Below, in pieces: positions 22,014 to 31,985 of a DNA stretch of 64,000 nucleotides. The notes under the pieces are model-generated. The model ran no database searches. It was not told the origin of the DNA and saw only the letters and a program-made list of their open reading frames with translations. The number at the start of each line of letters is the position of its first letter. The first letter of the stretch is position 1. This DNA comes from Limisphaerales bacterium (GTDB lineage Bacteria > Verrucomicrobiota > Verrucomicrobiia > Limisphaerales > UBA1412). The translations under genes were made by a program, and so were the position numbers. The stretch covers positions 355,506 through 419,505 of the forward strand of contig JBMNFQ010000001.1 in assembly GCA_050949405.1 (NCBI GenBank), in the 5' to 3' direction.

Positions 22014-22037
22014 TTCAGAGATTTTTAGCGGTTCTGT

Positions 22038-23921
22038 CTATCGGGCGACGCGGTAAAACCGCTTCACGGCGGAGTTTATCAGCACTTCATAAGAGCCGCT
22101 ATCATCCACCACGCTCCAATGGATGAGGTCCAGGCTCTCCTGAAGCAGGCCGCCTTTGTAGAGCAGAAGCAGCTTGCCTGCATTGAACTGGTAGCTCAAC
22201 TGCGGCTCTTCAAGCATTCCCTCCACAATCAGTTTTACGTCGGCGGTCGCTGTTGTGTAATTGTAATTGTACGGTTCAGCCGGTATGAAGGTGACACTGA
22301 GCAACTGCACCCCCGGCTCCAATTCCGTGCCTGCAGGCGGGTCATACTCAAAGCTCCCCGGGATTTCCGCAGTGGCGTTGAGCTGGCCGGCGCCAAGCGG
22401 AGCGCCATAGGGAATCGGATCGGGCAGCGGCCAGCGGATCACCGGTGTCGCTTTCTTGACCAGCAGGTCCGCCGAAGCACTTGCGTTCAGGTAGTTATCG
22501 CCGGCATCGGGGGTGAAGAAGACGCTCAGGGTATGCAGCCCGGCGTTCAAGGTCGTCCCCAGGGCCGGAATGTAGACAAAGCTGCCGGGGAGCTCCGCCC
22601 AGGCGTTCACTATTTCCGCGCTCAGTGCCGTCCCGTAGATAATCGCTTCGGGCGGTGAGAGTTTCACCTGCGGCGCCGCCTTCTCCACTGTCAACTGCGT
22701 CGTGATGAGTGCCGGCTCATAGTTGTCGTCATCCTCCGGTTTGAAAAACGTCGTCAATGTGTGAGTTCCGGCATTGAGCAGCTCTCCCGCCGCTGGATCA
22801 TAGGCAAAGAACCCCGCCACTGCGGCAGTGGCATTGAGCTGCCCTCCACCCAGAGGAACGCCGTAGGTAATCGGAGCCGGGACCGCCCACTCCAGAACAG
22901 GCACCGCCTTATTGACGACAATGGAGACGGTGGCCGTAGCGCTCTCATAGTTCTCATCATCGGAGGGGAGGAAAATCACGGTCAGTTTATGCGTCCCCGA
23001 CGGCAGGAGCGTTCCGGCAGGGGGATAATACTCAAACTCCCCCGGCTGCTTGGAGGTGGCGTTCAACTGCTCCTCACTCAGCGGAGTGCCGTAGGTAATC
23101 GGGCTGGGGGCCTTCCAGACCAGTTCGGGGACCTGTTTCGTCACTCTCAAAAAGGCGCTCTTACTGATGACACACTCGCTTCCATTGCACACCTTTACGG
23201 AGTAACTCCCCGCATCGCTCATTTTGACGTTGAAAATGATCAGGCTCTGACCGGTCTCCCCCTTAAGCGCTTCCCCGTCCCTGTACCATTGAAAGGTTGC
23301 GGTGCCCGCTGTATAAATCTTTACGGAAAAAGAGACTACGTAGCCGACATGCGTAGATTGATCTTCCGGATGCTCCAATATCCACGGGTCCGGATACCAG
23401 ATCGACGTTGCGTATCCGTTCCATGTGGGGGTTGTCCAGCCGGAAGTCTCGGGATTATAGTAGAGGAGCGCCGATTTATTGAAGGCCTCTGCCCCCACCT
23501 TTGGAGCATTTCCCTTGAAGTAGACCGATTCCAGGGGGTTGCCTTTGAACGCCTCCTCGCCAACCCACTGTATAGTGGCCGGCAGAATGAGCCGCTGGAG
23601 GCTGGATTTGCCGCTGAATCCCTTGTCTTCAATTTGAGTGACCTGATAAAGGATGGAGCCATTTTGAACCGTTGGTACGATATCGAGGCTCCCCCCGAGT
23701 ATCATTTTGGGATGCTGCTTCACTGAAACGGTCCCGACTCGAAATTTCAAGTCTTCACTCAAAACCCTGCACTGCAGGCTGCCTTCATAGAAGATATCCC
23801 CCACTGCCGCACGGGCTCGAGCGGTGCCGAGCAAAAACAGTGAGACGATGAGGACCAAAAAGAGAGCCCAAAAAGTGAACTTGAGAACGCTCGGGGAACG
23901 CTCTGGAATTCTGTTTTTCAT
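22038..23921 (-). CDS. surface protein with BspA-type LRR-like region, Ig (I-set-like) domain and four MBG (YG-type) repeats
   Basis: N-terminal signal/anchor. LILPATIQWVGEEAFKGNPLESVYFKGNAP is LRR-like. FQWYRDGEALKGE...DAGSYSVKV is Ig I-set-like. There are four repeats of about 75 aa of the form P.PI.YG.PL...QLNAT....G.F.Y.P.AGT.L..G.H.L.V.F.P.D..NY. Confidence 0.7.
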   Translation of the reverse strand: MKNRIPERSPSVLKFTFWALFLVLIVSLFLLGTARARAAVGDIFYEGSLQCRVLSEDLKFRVGTVSVKQHPKMILGGSLDIVPTVQNGSILYQVTQIEDKGFSGKSSLQRLILPATIQWVGEEAFKGNPLESVYFKGNAPKVGAEAFNKSALLYYNPETSGWTTPTWNGYATSIWYPDPWILEHPEDQSTHVGYVVSFSVKIYTAGTATFQWYRDGEALKGETGQSLIIFNVKMSDAGSYSVKVCNGSECVISKSAFLRVTKQVPELVWKAPSPITYGTPLSEEQLNATSKQPGEFEYYPPAGTLLPSGTHKLTVIFLPSDDENYESATATVSIVVNKAVPVLEWAVPAPITYGVPLGGGQLNATAAVAGFFAYDPAAGELLNAGTHTLTTFFKPEDDDNYEPALITTQLTVEKAAPQVKLSPPEAIIYGTALSAEIVNAWAELPGSFVYIPALGTTLNAGLHTLSVFFTPDAGDNYLNASASADLLVKKATPVIRWPLPDPIPYGAPLGAGQLNATAEIPGSFEYDPPAGTELEPGVQLLSVTFIPAEPYNYNYTTATADVKLIVEGMLEEPQLSYQFNAGKLLLLYKGGLLQESLDLIHWSVVDDSGSYEVLINSAVKRFYRVAR

Positions 23922-24099
23922 AAGTATTCTTGCGGTTTTCCTGGTTGAATAAAAAGTTTTTACATAAAAATCTTATAGAATGTAATACAGAAAATGAAAT
24001 TTAGCAACTGATTTTTTTGGAAAAATCCATTCTAAAACGAGACAACTCCCTGTTTCCCAATAAGTAAAATGTGAAAACGACCGCCGGTATCGCCTCCGC

Positions 24100-24411
24100 T
24101 CAGGTGGCCATTTTGAGCATCAATACTCCCCCAATGATGAGCATCACCCCCAGGATTCGCCAGAGGGTGAGCGGGTCGCTCCAGAAGATAACGCCGACCA
24201 CCATGGCGCCGGCAGCCCCGATACCGGTCCAGACTGCATAGGCGGTGCCGATGGGGATTGTTTTCTGGGCCAGGTAGAGGAAGAAGCCGCTGATAATCAT
24301 GGTGATCGCTGCCGTAGCGGTCCCCCAAAATTTATGGGTATGGGCGATTTTGAGGCCGACCGGCCAGGCGATTTCAAATAATCCGGCGATAACGAGATAA
24401 ATCCATTCCAT
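24100..24411 (-). CDS. sugE: SMR-family transporter, SugE/Gdx subtype (guanidinium exporter-like)
   Basis: 103 aa with four TM segments. MEWIYLVIAGLFEIAWPVGLK contains the conserved membrane Glu. The GTAYAVWTGIGA motif is present. Confidence 0.85.
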   Translation of the reverse strand: MEWIYLVIAGLFEIAWPVGLKIAHTHKFWGTATAAITMIISGFFLYLAQKTIPIGTAYAVWTGIGAAGAMVVGVIFWSDPLTLWRILGVMLIIGGVLMLKMAT

Positions 24412-24600
24412 ATCTTGCGAAGTTCTCCGGAGCGGAAAACAGCCCCAGAGGCTATCAGGAATAGCGTTTATTTAAAAGACTTGTTGCACGGCTCCCCTTT
24501 AGCCGCTTGACACGAGGGAGCTGCAAGGGTCTAATTACGAGGACCTCTGGCTGGCGATCGTCGCTTTCAAGGGGATGAATAATGAGAAAGTGGAATCCCG

Positions 24601-25677
24601 ATGAACATCCATAAATTTTATAGCAAACTGTCCGCGGCTTTTTGTCTGGCCGCGTTACTACTCTGGAGCTGCAGCGCCTCAACCCCGGCTCAACCGGCCA
24701 AGATCATTTTCGATACCGATATGGCCGAGGATGTGGACGACGTCGGCGCGCTGGCTCTGCTTCATGCGCTGGCCGATGCGGGCGAAGCCGAAATTCTGGC
24801 CTGCATGGTCTCCGCACCGCATGAATATAGCGGTCCATGCATTGACGTAATCAATACCTTCTATGGCCGGCCCAATATCCCGATTGGCAATGTGAAGGGA
24901 TTCCAACGCGGCTACCCGCAGGATAATGGGCAGAAAATCCCCTCCAACTATGCGCAAAAAATGGCGGAGACCTTCCCCCACCGCCTCAAAAAGAGCAGCG
25001 ATGCCGAAGACGCCGTGGCGCTCTACCGCAAGATACTGGCCGCCCAGCCCGATAAAAGCGTGCAGATCGTTTCGGTCGGCTTCCTCACCAACCTCAAGAA
25101 CCTGCTCAACTCCACCGCGGATGCCGCCAGCCCGCTCAATGGCGAAGAGCTGGTGGCCCAAAAGGTCTCCCGCTGGGTCTGTATGGGGGCGATCTTCCCC
25201 AATAGAGGCCGCGAGTATAACGTGATGATGGATACCGGCGCCTCCGTGCGGGCAATCAACGACTGGCCCACGCCGATCGTCTTCAGCGGCTTCGAGATCG
25301 GAGCCCGCATCTTCACCGCCAACGCCCTCAAATCCAAACCCGAAACCAATCCCATCCGGATGGGCTATGAGTGGTACTGGGACAAGAAAGAGAATATCAA
25401 CCGCGAAAGCTGGGATTTGACCACCGTCCTCTATGCGGTCAGAGGCGCCGAGCCTTACTGGAAGCTCTCCGAGCCGGGCAAGTGCCTCATGTGCGCGACC
25501 CACGGTTATGGCGAGAGCGAATGGATACCGTTTGAAAAAGGCAACCATCGTTATCTGATCGAGAAGATGCCCCCGGCTGAGGTGGGCGCCGTGATTGATG
25601 AGCTCCTCTGCCGCGAGCCTGCGCTTCATTCAAAAAGCCAGGACGGCCAGGCTCAAACTCACGCTGAGAACCAATAA
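24601..25677 (+). CDS. secreted nucleoside hydrolase-like protein (IUNH family)
   Basis: Signal peptide followed by IIFDTDMAEDVDDVGALALLHAL, an Asp-cluster N-terminal motif of the DxDxxxDD type. Confidence 0.55.
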   Translation: MNIHKFYSKLSAAFCLAALLLWSCSASTPAQPAKIIFDTDMAEDVDDVGALALLHALADAGEAEILACMVSAPHEYSGPCIDVINTFYGRPNIPIGNVKGFQRGYPQDNGQKIPSNYAQKMAETFPHRLKKSSDAEDAVALYRKILAAQPDKSVQIVSVGFLTNLKNLLNSTADAASPLNGEELVAQKVSRWVCMGAIFPNRGREYNVMMDTGASVRAINDWPTPIVFSGFEIGARIFTANALKSKPETNPIRMGYEWYWDKKENINRESWDLTTVLYAVRGAEPYWKLSEPGKCLMCATHGYGESEWIPFEKGNHRYLIEKMPPAEVGAVIDELLCREPALHSKSQDGQAQTHAENQ

Positions 25678-25797
25678 TGCCCCCCTGGGCTGAGCTCCGG
25701 AAATCATTGAAAAATGCGGAGTAACCCAGCAAGATATGTGGATGCCGGGTAAATTCCCCGCTCCGCGTAAGTAAGAACAGACCACAGGAAAAACGAA

Positions 25798-28590
25798 ATG
25801 TTAAAAAGATTCATGACAGCAAAAACAGGCCTTCTGGCCGTGAGCGCTCTGGCCGCCTTACTTCTGAGCCAGAGTCCCCTCCCGGCTGAAACCGGACTCA
25901 GGGAGAACTTCTCCCACCCGCCAAGGGAATACCGCCCCATGCCGCTCTGGCATCTCAACGGGCATCTGACGCCGGAGCTCATCGAAGAGCAGATGACCCG
26001 CGCCGTTGAAGAGAGCGGTTTTGGCGGCTTCTGTCTCCTGCCGGTCACCCGCACAACTCCGACCTATCTATCGGAGGAATACTTCGAGCGCTACGGAGAG
26101 ATGCTGGAAACGGCACGGCGCCTGGGGATGAAAATCGTTTTCTATGATGATATTGATTTCCCGACCGGTTCGGCCGGTGGCAAGCTGGCGGCATCCTACC
26201 CTCATGATACGGTCAAGCAGCTCAATAAACTGGAGCGCCTCGTTACGGGCCCGGCTTCTCTGGAGGAGCGCCTCCCCGAAGGGGTCCTCATGGCGGCCGT
26301 GGCGATGAACACGGAGACTCTGGAGCGAATCGACCTCACCGGCAACGTCGCCAACGGGAAACTCTTCTGGAGCGCCCCGCAAGGAACCTGGAACCTGATG
26401 TACTTCACCTGCGTGCCCAGCGGCCGGAACCTGGTCGATTTTCTGGATGCCGGTTCAGTCAAGAAATTCCTCTCCCTGACCTATGACGAATGCTACCGGA
26501 GATTCTCCGAATACTTTGGCGAGACGATCTTCATGTCGTTCTTTGACGATGTCGCCTTCCCGCAGACCGGCGGCGATGGCGGCTACCGGATGTGGACTCC
26601 CTCTTACAACGACGCCTTTATCAAAAAACATGGCTACAGCCCCGCCTCCTACTACCCTGCCCTCTGGTACGATATCGGCCCCGAAACAGCCACCGCGCGA
26701 ATCGCCATGCACCGGGTCCGTGCCGATATGCTGGCCGAGAACTGGGTCAAACAAATCGCCGACTGGGCCGCTGATCACGGGATCGTCTCCATCGGCCATC
26801 CGATGGATAACTACAACCCGCAGGCGGTCAACTGTTCGGGCGACAACCTGAAGTTTTACGAGTATATGGATTATCCGCTCATGGATTCCATTCACTACTA
26901 CGGCCAGGGGCGCGACGGCTTCAAACAGATCGGCTCGGCCGCCTATAACTACGATAAACCGGTCGCCGTAGTGGAAATTTACGGCAATTATCCCGATGCT
27001 TCCGTGGATGCGGCCATGCTTTACCGCAGCGGCATGGAGCTCTTTATCCGCGGCGCCAATTTCTTCCTGCCTCATGGGCTCTGGCTTGATGAGAAATCGG
27101 TCTATATCCCGCCGGAAATCTCCTGGCGCAATCCGCGGCTGGGCCCCGCCCTGCCCGATTACAATCCCTGGGCCGCGCGCATCAGCATGATGCTTCAGGG
27201 CGGACGCCACGTGGCCGATATCGGCATTCTCTACCCCATCGCCTCGCTTCAGGCCAATTACCGCATGGATGAGCCGCAGAAGATGGGCTCACGCTTCGGC
27301 CTCTATACCTATCCCGAATGCGACTTCCAGGAGCTCAGCCGCTTCCTCGTCGAATCCGTACGCCGTGACTTCACCTACGTTCACCCGGAAGTGCTCGACG
27401 GCAAATGCGAAGTCCGCGGCGATACGCTTCACATGGCCAACCGCGTGAATTATGAGGATTACAAGGTCTTCATCATCCCCGGCGGCAATACGATTCACTG
27501 GAGCAATTTGCAGAAGATTCAAAAATTCTACGAATCGGGCGGAATCGTCATCGGCACCACCCAACTGCCCAGCCGCTCAGCCGAGCCGGGCCACGATGCC
27601 GACGTCCAGCAGGCGATTGTCTCCATCTTCGGTGGCGATGCGCTGAACCAGAGCGCCTCATCAGCAGCGATGCGTCACTTGAAGATCGAAGTCTCGGGCA
27701 AAACCATCCGGACTTATCTGGATGGCCAGCTCCTGGATACGACCATTGATGAAACCTTCAGCGCCGGCACCGTCGGCTTCCGCGAGGCGACCCGCGAGCA
27801 TGCCCGCTTTGATAACCTCAGGGTGACCGCGGCCGACGGCACGGTTCTCTTGCAGGAAGACTTCTCGCTAGGGTTTGACCAATGGAAAAACATCGACCCC
27901 AACACGAAGATCAGCAATGGAGAGCTCGATATTTACGAAAACCAACAGATGCTCGCCAAGACGGGCCAGGAATGGAGCGACTACACGATTGAATGCGATT
28001 TTGACGCAGGCACCAGCGTGGCGGGGATCACCTTCCGCGCGGCCGATGAACAAAACTCCTACATGTGGCAGATATCGACCCACACCCGCTCACTGGCCCC
28101 TCACAAAAAAGTGAACGGCTCCTGGCACCGGTTGAAGTCGGTTCAGTATGGCACCGCAGCATCAGATATCAATGCCTCCGTCACCCCCTATACACGGATG
28201 AGCCACCCCAGCGGCGGCAAAGCTTTCTTTATGCCTCAGCCGACGGTGGCGACCTTGCGGGAAATTCTTGATTCCTCGCTCACGACGCCCGATGTCAGCT
28301 TCCCGGCCCATCTCAATGTCGGCACCGACGGCATGGGGATGCTCTCCTATCTCCACAAGGTGAAGGAGAATCATCACCTCTGGTTCGTGGCCAATTCCAG
28401 CAATGATCCGGTCACCGCGCCGATCACGCTGGCTGGCAGGCATACGCCCGAAATCTGGGACCCGCACAGCGGAAAAATCGAACAAACCGGCTACCGTCAT
28501 TTTGAGAAAGAGGGCTCGCCCTTTACGGAAGTGCTGCTGGTCATCCCGCCGGTGAACTCGCTCTTCCTGGTAAGCCCGGTTTCACAATAA
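25798..28590 (+). CDS. putative secreted glycoside hydrolase with an embedded LamG/DUF1080-like beta-sandwich
   Basis: Signal peptide. N-terminal ENFSHPPREYRPMPLWHLNG block typical of large PVC/Bacteroidota glycosidases (exact family not assigned). Lectin-like segment at aa ~625-780. Confidence 0.45.
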   Translation: MLKRFMTAKTGLLAVSALAALLLSQSPLPAETGLRENFSHPPREYRPMPLWHLNGHLTPELIEEQMTRAVEESGFGGFCLLPVTRTTPTYLSEEYFERYGEMLETARRLGMKIVFYDDIDFPTGSAGGKLAASYPHDTVKQLNKLERLVTGPASLEERLPEGVLMAAVAMNTETLERIDLTGNVANGKLFWSAPQGTWNLMYFTCVPSGRNLVDFLDAGSVKKFLSLTYDECYRRFSEYFGETIFMSFFDDVAFPQTGGDGGYRMWTPSYNDAFIKKHGYSPASYYPALWYDIGPETATARIAMHRVRADMLAENWVKQIADWAADHGIVSIGHPMDNYNPQAVNCSGDNLKFYEYMDYPLMDSIHYYGQGRDGFKQIGSAAYNYDKPVAVVEIYGNYPDASVDAAMLYRSGMELFIRGANFFLPHGLWLDEKSVYIPPEISWRNPRLGPALPDYNPWAARISMMLQGGRHVADIGILYPIASLQANYRMDEPQKMGSRFGLYTYPECDFQELSRFLVESVRRDFTYVHPEVLDGKCEVRGDTLHMANRVNYEDYKVFIIPGGNTIHWSNLQKIQKFYESGGIVIGTTQLPSRSAEPGHDADVQQAIVSIFGGDALNQSASSAAMRHLKIEVSGKTIRTYLDGQLLDTTIDETFSAGTVGFREATREHARFDNLRVTAADGTVLLQEDFSLGFDQWKNIDPNTKISNGELDIYENQQMLAKTGQEWSDYTIECDFDAGTSVAGITFRAADEQNSYMWQISTHTRSLAPHKKVNGSWHRLKSVQYGTAASDINASVTPYTRMSHPSGGKAFFMPQPTVATLREILDSSLTTPDVSFPAHLNVGTDGMGMLSYLHKVKENHHLWFVANSSNDPVTAPITLAGRHTPEIWDPHSGKIEQTGYRHFEKEGSPFTEVLLVIPPVNSLFLVSPVSQ

Positions 28591-28602
28591 AAAAGCAGAC
28601 TG

Positions 28603-29295
28603 ATGAACTGTATTATCACAGCGGGCCCCAGCTTTGAACCCCTGGACGAGGTCAGGCGACTGACCAATTTTTCCACGGGTCGGCTGGGGAGCCGCCTGGC
28701 GGCCTACCTGCAAGAGCGGCTGCCACAGGCCCGAACCCTCCTTCTGCGAGGGGCTCTTTCCACATTTCACGGGGAAGCCGCTTTGGAGGAGCCGGAGGGA
28801 TTGGAGACGCTGGCCTTCAGCACTCCCGCTGATTTGCTGGAAAAATTCCGCAAGCTGGCCACTACCGAGCCGTGCGCGATCTTCCATGCCGCCGCGGTGA
28901 ATGATTTTGGCTTTGGAAAGGTGTATAAACGGCAACCCGATGGCTCACTCAAGGAGCTCCTCTCTGGCAAGTTCTCCAGCCGCTCAAAGCGTCCGCTCCT
29001 GGTAGAGCTCCGGCCAACCCCCAAGATTCTTCCGCAACTGCGCCAACTCTTCCCCAACGCCTTCATTACCGGCTGGAAGTATGAGGTCAAGGGCACCCCG
29101 GTCGAGTTGTTCCGCAAGGCGCACCGCCAGCTTAAAGAGTGCCGGAGCGATCTCTGCGTGATGAACGGTCCGGCCTGCGGTCCGGGCTTTGGGCTGTTCA
29201 GCTCCGCTTCGCCGGAGCGCTTTTACCCGGTGGAAACAATGGAGGCACTCTTCGAAACCCTGTACCAAAAGGCACTCAAATACTTTTGCCCTTGA
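28603..29295 (+). CDS. phosphopantothenate--cysteine ligase-like protein (stand-alone CoaB/DFP C-terminal domain)
   Basis: MNCIITAGPSFEPLDEVRRLTNFSTGRLG matches the ITAGPT.EPLDPVR.ISN.SSGK.G pattern of DFP/CoaB domains. Confidence 0.5.
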   Translation: MNCIITAGPSFEPLDEVRRLTNFSTGRLGSRLAAYLQERLPQARTLLLRGALSTFHGEAALEEPEGLETLAFSTPADLLEKFRKLATTEPCAIFHAAAVNDFGFGKVYKRQPDGSLKELLSGKFSSRSKRPLLVELRPTPKILPQLRQLFPNAFITGWKYEVKGTPVELFRKAHRQLKECRSDLCVMNGPACGPGFGLFSSASPERFYPVETMEALFETLYQKALKYFCP

Positions 29296-29336
29296 TTTTA
29301 GCCCAATTGACTATAGATTAAAGGCTGCGGTGTCAT

Positions 29337-30146
29337 ATGCACTACATCAAAGATTGCTTAACTTATGTCGGGTCGATTTTCCCGATGGTCAATCCGTTTA
29401 GTACGGTGCCTCTCTTTTTAGCCCTCACAGTCCGCATGACGCTGGAAGAGAGGAAAAAGCTGGGAGATACCGCCTGCCGCAATGCCACGATTATCATGCT
29501 GGTAGGGCTCTTCCTCGGGACGCTCCTGCTGCACTTTTTCAATATCTCCGTTCCCTCGCTGAGGATTGCCGGCGGGCTGGTGGTCTCTTTTCTTGGGTTC
29601 AGTATGCTTTTCCCCACTTCCAACCCCGATGGGATCAACCCGATTTCCGCAAGCCAATCCGGTGTCAATTACGCCGTCATCCCGCTCGCCTTCCCCAGCA
29701 TGGCCGGAGCCGGCTCATTGGCGACCATCATGACCATCTCGGCCATCAACGCTTCCAAAGACACCTGGGCCGAGCGCATCTACAGCTACACCGTCTCCTC
29801 GCTGGCGATCATCATTGTGGGGCTGCTCTGCTTCCTGGTTTTACGAACCTCTAACCGACTCAAGAAATTCCTCGGCCCGGAGGGGCTCGACGCCATGACC
29901 CGCATCATGGGCCTCATCATGGTCTGTATCGGCGTGCAGTTTATCGCGACAGGGGTGGGCGAATTCATGATCGCTCATGAAAAGAAGTACTCCCTGCAGT
30001 CTGACAAAGAGGCCACCAATGAGGCTCCGGTAGCCGTGGAGATTCCGCCTCTGATCCTGGAAGAAAATATAACGACTCCGGCGGCAGTAGTAGAAGCTTC
30101 AGAGCCGCCTGTCAGTGCAAACAGAGTCAGCTCCGATGAAGAGTAA
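29337..30146 (+). CDS. MarC-family (UPF0056) integral membrane protein with C-terminal extension
   Basis: IFPMVNPFSTVPLFLALT at the N-terminus and six TM segments. An acidic, Pro-rich tail of about 60 aa overlaps the mnmA start. Confidence 0.65.
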   Translation: MHYIKDCLTYVGSIFPMVNPFSTVPLFLALTVRMTLEERKKLGDTACRNATIIMLVGLFLGTLLLHFFNISVPSLRIAGGLVVSFLGFSMLFPTSNPDGINPISASQSGVNYAVIPLAFPSMAGAGSLATIMTISAINASKDTWAERIYSYTVSSLAIIIVGLLCFLVLRTSNRLKKFLGPEGLDAMTRIMGLIMVCIGVQFIATGVGEFMIAHEKKYSLQSDKEATNEAPVAVEIPPLILEENITTPAAVVEASEPPVSANRVSSDEE

Positions 30147-31248
30147 CCGGGGGAGCCTCCTTATCGGCCTGAGCGGTGGAGTGGATTCAAGCGTCGCCGC
30201 CTGGCTCCTCAAGGAAGAGGGCTGGAGCGTGACGGCCGTTACGATGAGCATCTACGATGGCTCAATCCCGGTCCCCCAATCCGAGCGCTCCGGCTGCTTT
30301 GGCCCGCGCGATGCGCTCAATGCCGAGGCGGCCCGCCGTATCGCCAAACGAATCGGCATCCCCCACCTGCATCTGAACCTGGCCGAGGCCTACCGCAAAA
30401 ACGTGCTCGATTATTTCCGCTCCGAGTACCTCTCCGGACGCACCCCCAACCCGTGCATCCAGTGCAATCGCCTGATGAAGTTCGGCCTCCTGCGCGATGA
30501 AGCCCGCAGACAGGGAATCGCCTTTGAACGATTCGCCACCGGCCACTATGCACGGGTGAGCTGGAATGCCGACACGAGGCGCCACCAGATATCCCGCGGC
30601 AAGGACCCCGCCAAAGACCAATCCTACTTTCTCTCCCATCTATCCCAGGAGCAACTGGCCGACCTCATTCTCCCCCTGGGCAACTACCGCAAAGAAGAAA
30701 TCCGGGAAATCGCCAGCAAGCTTGGCTGGAGCGACCTCCTGGACCGCAGCGAAAGCCAGGACTTCATCGCCTGCGACGATTACTCACCGCTCTTCAAAGA
30801 ACGGGAATGCCCGCCGGGGAATTTCATCAACCAGGAGGGGAAAGTGCTGGGCCGGCACCGCGGGATTATTCACTACACCATCGGCCAGCGCAGAGGCATC
30901 GGCATTGGCGGCGGCATCCCTTTCTATGTCCTCAAGATCGACTCGCAGACCCACACGGTAACACTGGGAGGGAAGGAAGAACTCTATGCCCGGGAGCTCA
31001 CGGCCAATCAGCTCAACTGGGTCGCCCTGCCCGAGGCGCCGGAGGCACCACTGCGGGTGGAGGCGCAGATACGCCAGCGGCATCAGGCCGCTCCGGCGGA
31101 GCTCATCCGGTTGGACACCGACGCTTCAGCCGTGAAGGTTCGCTTTGAGAGCCCCCAAATGTCGGTCACGCCGGGGCAAATCGTCGCCTTCTATGACGGC
31201 CCGACCGTTCTGGGTGCCGGCACCATCCTCAGCGCGTGCAATCCCTGA
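30115..31248 (+). CDS. mnmA: tRNA 2-thiouridine(34) synthase
   Basis: PP-loop LIGLSGGVDSSVAAWLL, NPCIQCN, and DQSYFL. Confidence 0.9.
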   Translation: MQTESAPMKSNRGSLLIGLSGGVDSSVAAWLLKEEGWSVTAVTMSIYDGSIPVPQSERSGCFGPRDALNAEAARRIAKRIGIPHLHLNLAEAYRKNVLDYFRSEYLSGRTPNPCIQCNRLMKFGLLRDEARRQGIAFERFATGHYARVSWNADTRRHQISRGKDPAKDQSYFLSHLSQEQLADLILPLGNYRKEEIREIASKLGWSDLLDRSESQDFIACDDYSPLFKERECPPGNFINQEGKVLGRHRGIIHYTIGQRRGIGIGGGIPFYVLKIDSQTHTVTLGGKEELYARELTANQLNWVALPEAPEAPLRVEAQIRQRHQAAPAELIRLDTDASAVKVRFESPQMSVTPGQIVAFYDGPTVLGAGTILSACNP

Positions 31249-31954
31249 GCTGAGCCTCCGCCACCCTCTCGAAAAACTGAAGCTCTTCTTTGGGCGGAGA
31301 GAGCTCCAGGAGCTCCTCCCAGCTTTTTTCAAGCAGGCTCAATATCAGCTCCATTCGGCTTTGGGCAAGCCTCATCCGGTCAAACTTGGGCGCATTGCCC
31401 AGGAGCGCCAGAAGCCGCACCTGGAAGAGGAGGTTCCCCAGTCGCGGCTCCGCATGGAGGGGCAGATATTTCAGATAATCGCTGAAGAGACCAAAGAGCT
31501 CCGGCACCGGTATCTGCCGCTCAATGAGCCGCTCGAGCCTGCGCGCGTTGGCGTTGGCTGCGCAAAGCAGCTCATAGTCTCTGGCCAGAGCCCGATGCTC
31601 ATCCAGAAGCTGCGCCTCCCGCAACGTATGGAGATCCGAGCGCCTGCTCAGGATAAACTCGAACTGGCAGAGATAGAACAGATCAAGCCGTCCGGCAAAA
31701 GAAGATTTCTGGCGGCGCGCCCCCTTGGCGATCAGAGAGATCAGCCCCTGCTCGCGGCTCAGAACATGGAGGATCAGGCTCGCATCGGAGTAGGGATAGA
31801 GCCGGAAGATAATCCCACGGCAGGAGCCCTCCTTCATCACGGGGCGATCAGTTTCTCCTCTCATTCGTTCTCCTCTAAGTGCTGGCGTTAAAAGAACAGA
31901 AATAAAGACGCCCCGCGGGATATTGAACCGGTTTGGCTCAGACTCCCGCCGCAA
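31229..31954 (-). CDS. recO: DNA repair protein RecO
   Basis: OB-fold N-terminus GIIFRLYPYSDASLILHVLSREQGLISLIAKGARRQKS. Size and layout are typical of RecO. Confidence 0.7.
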   Translation of the reverse strand: MRRESEPNRFNIPRGVFISVLLTPALRGERMRGETDRPVMKEGSCRGIIFRLYPYSDASLILHVLSREQGLISLIAKGARRQKSSFAGRLDLFYLCQFEFILSRRSDLHTLREAQLLDEHRALARDYELLCAANANARRLERLIERQIPVPELFGLFSDYLKYLPLHAEPRLGNLLFQVRLLALLGNAPKFDRMRLAQSRMELILSLLEKSWEELLELSPPKEELQFFERVAEAQLRDCTR

Positions 31955-31985
31955 GCGCCTTCTCTACTCCCTAAACGAGCCGGTT

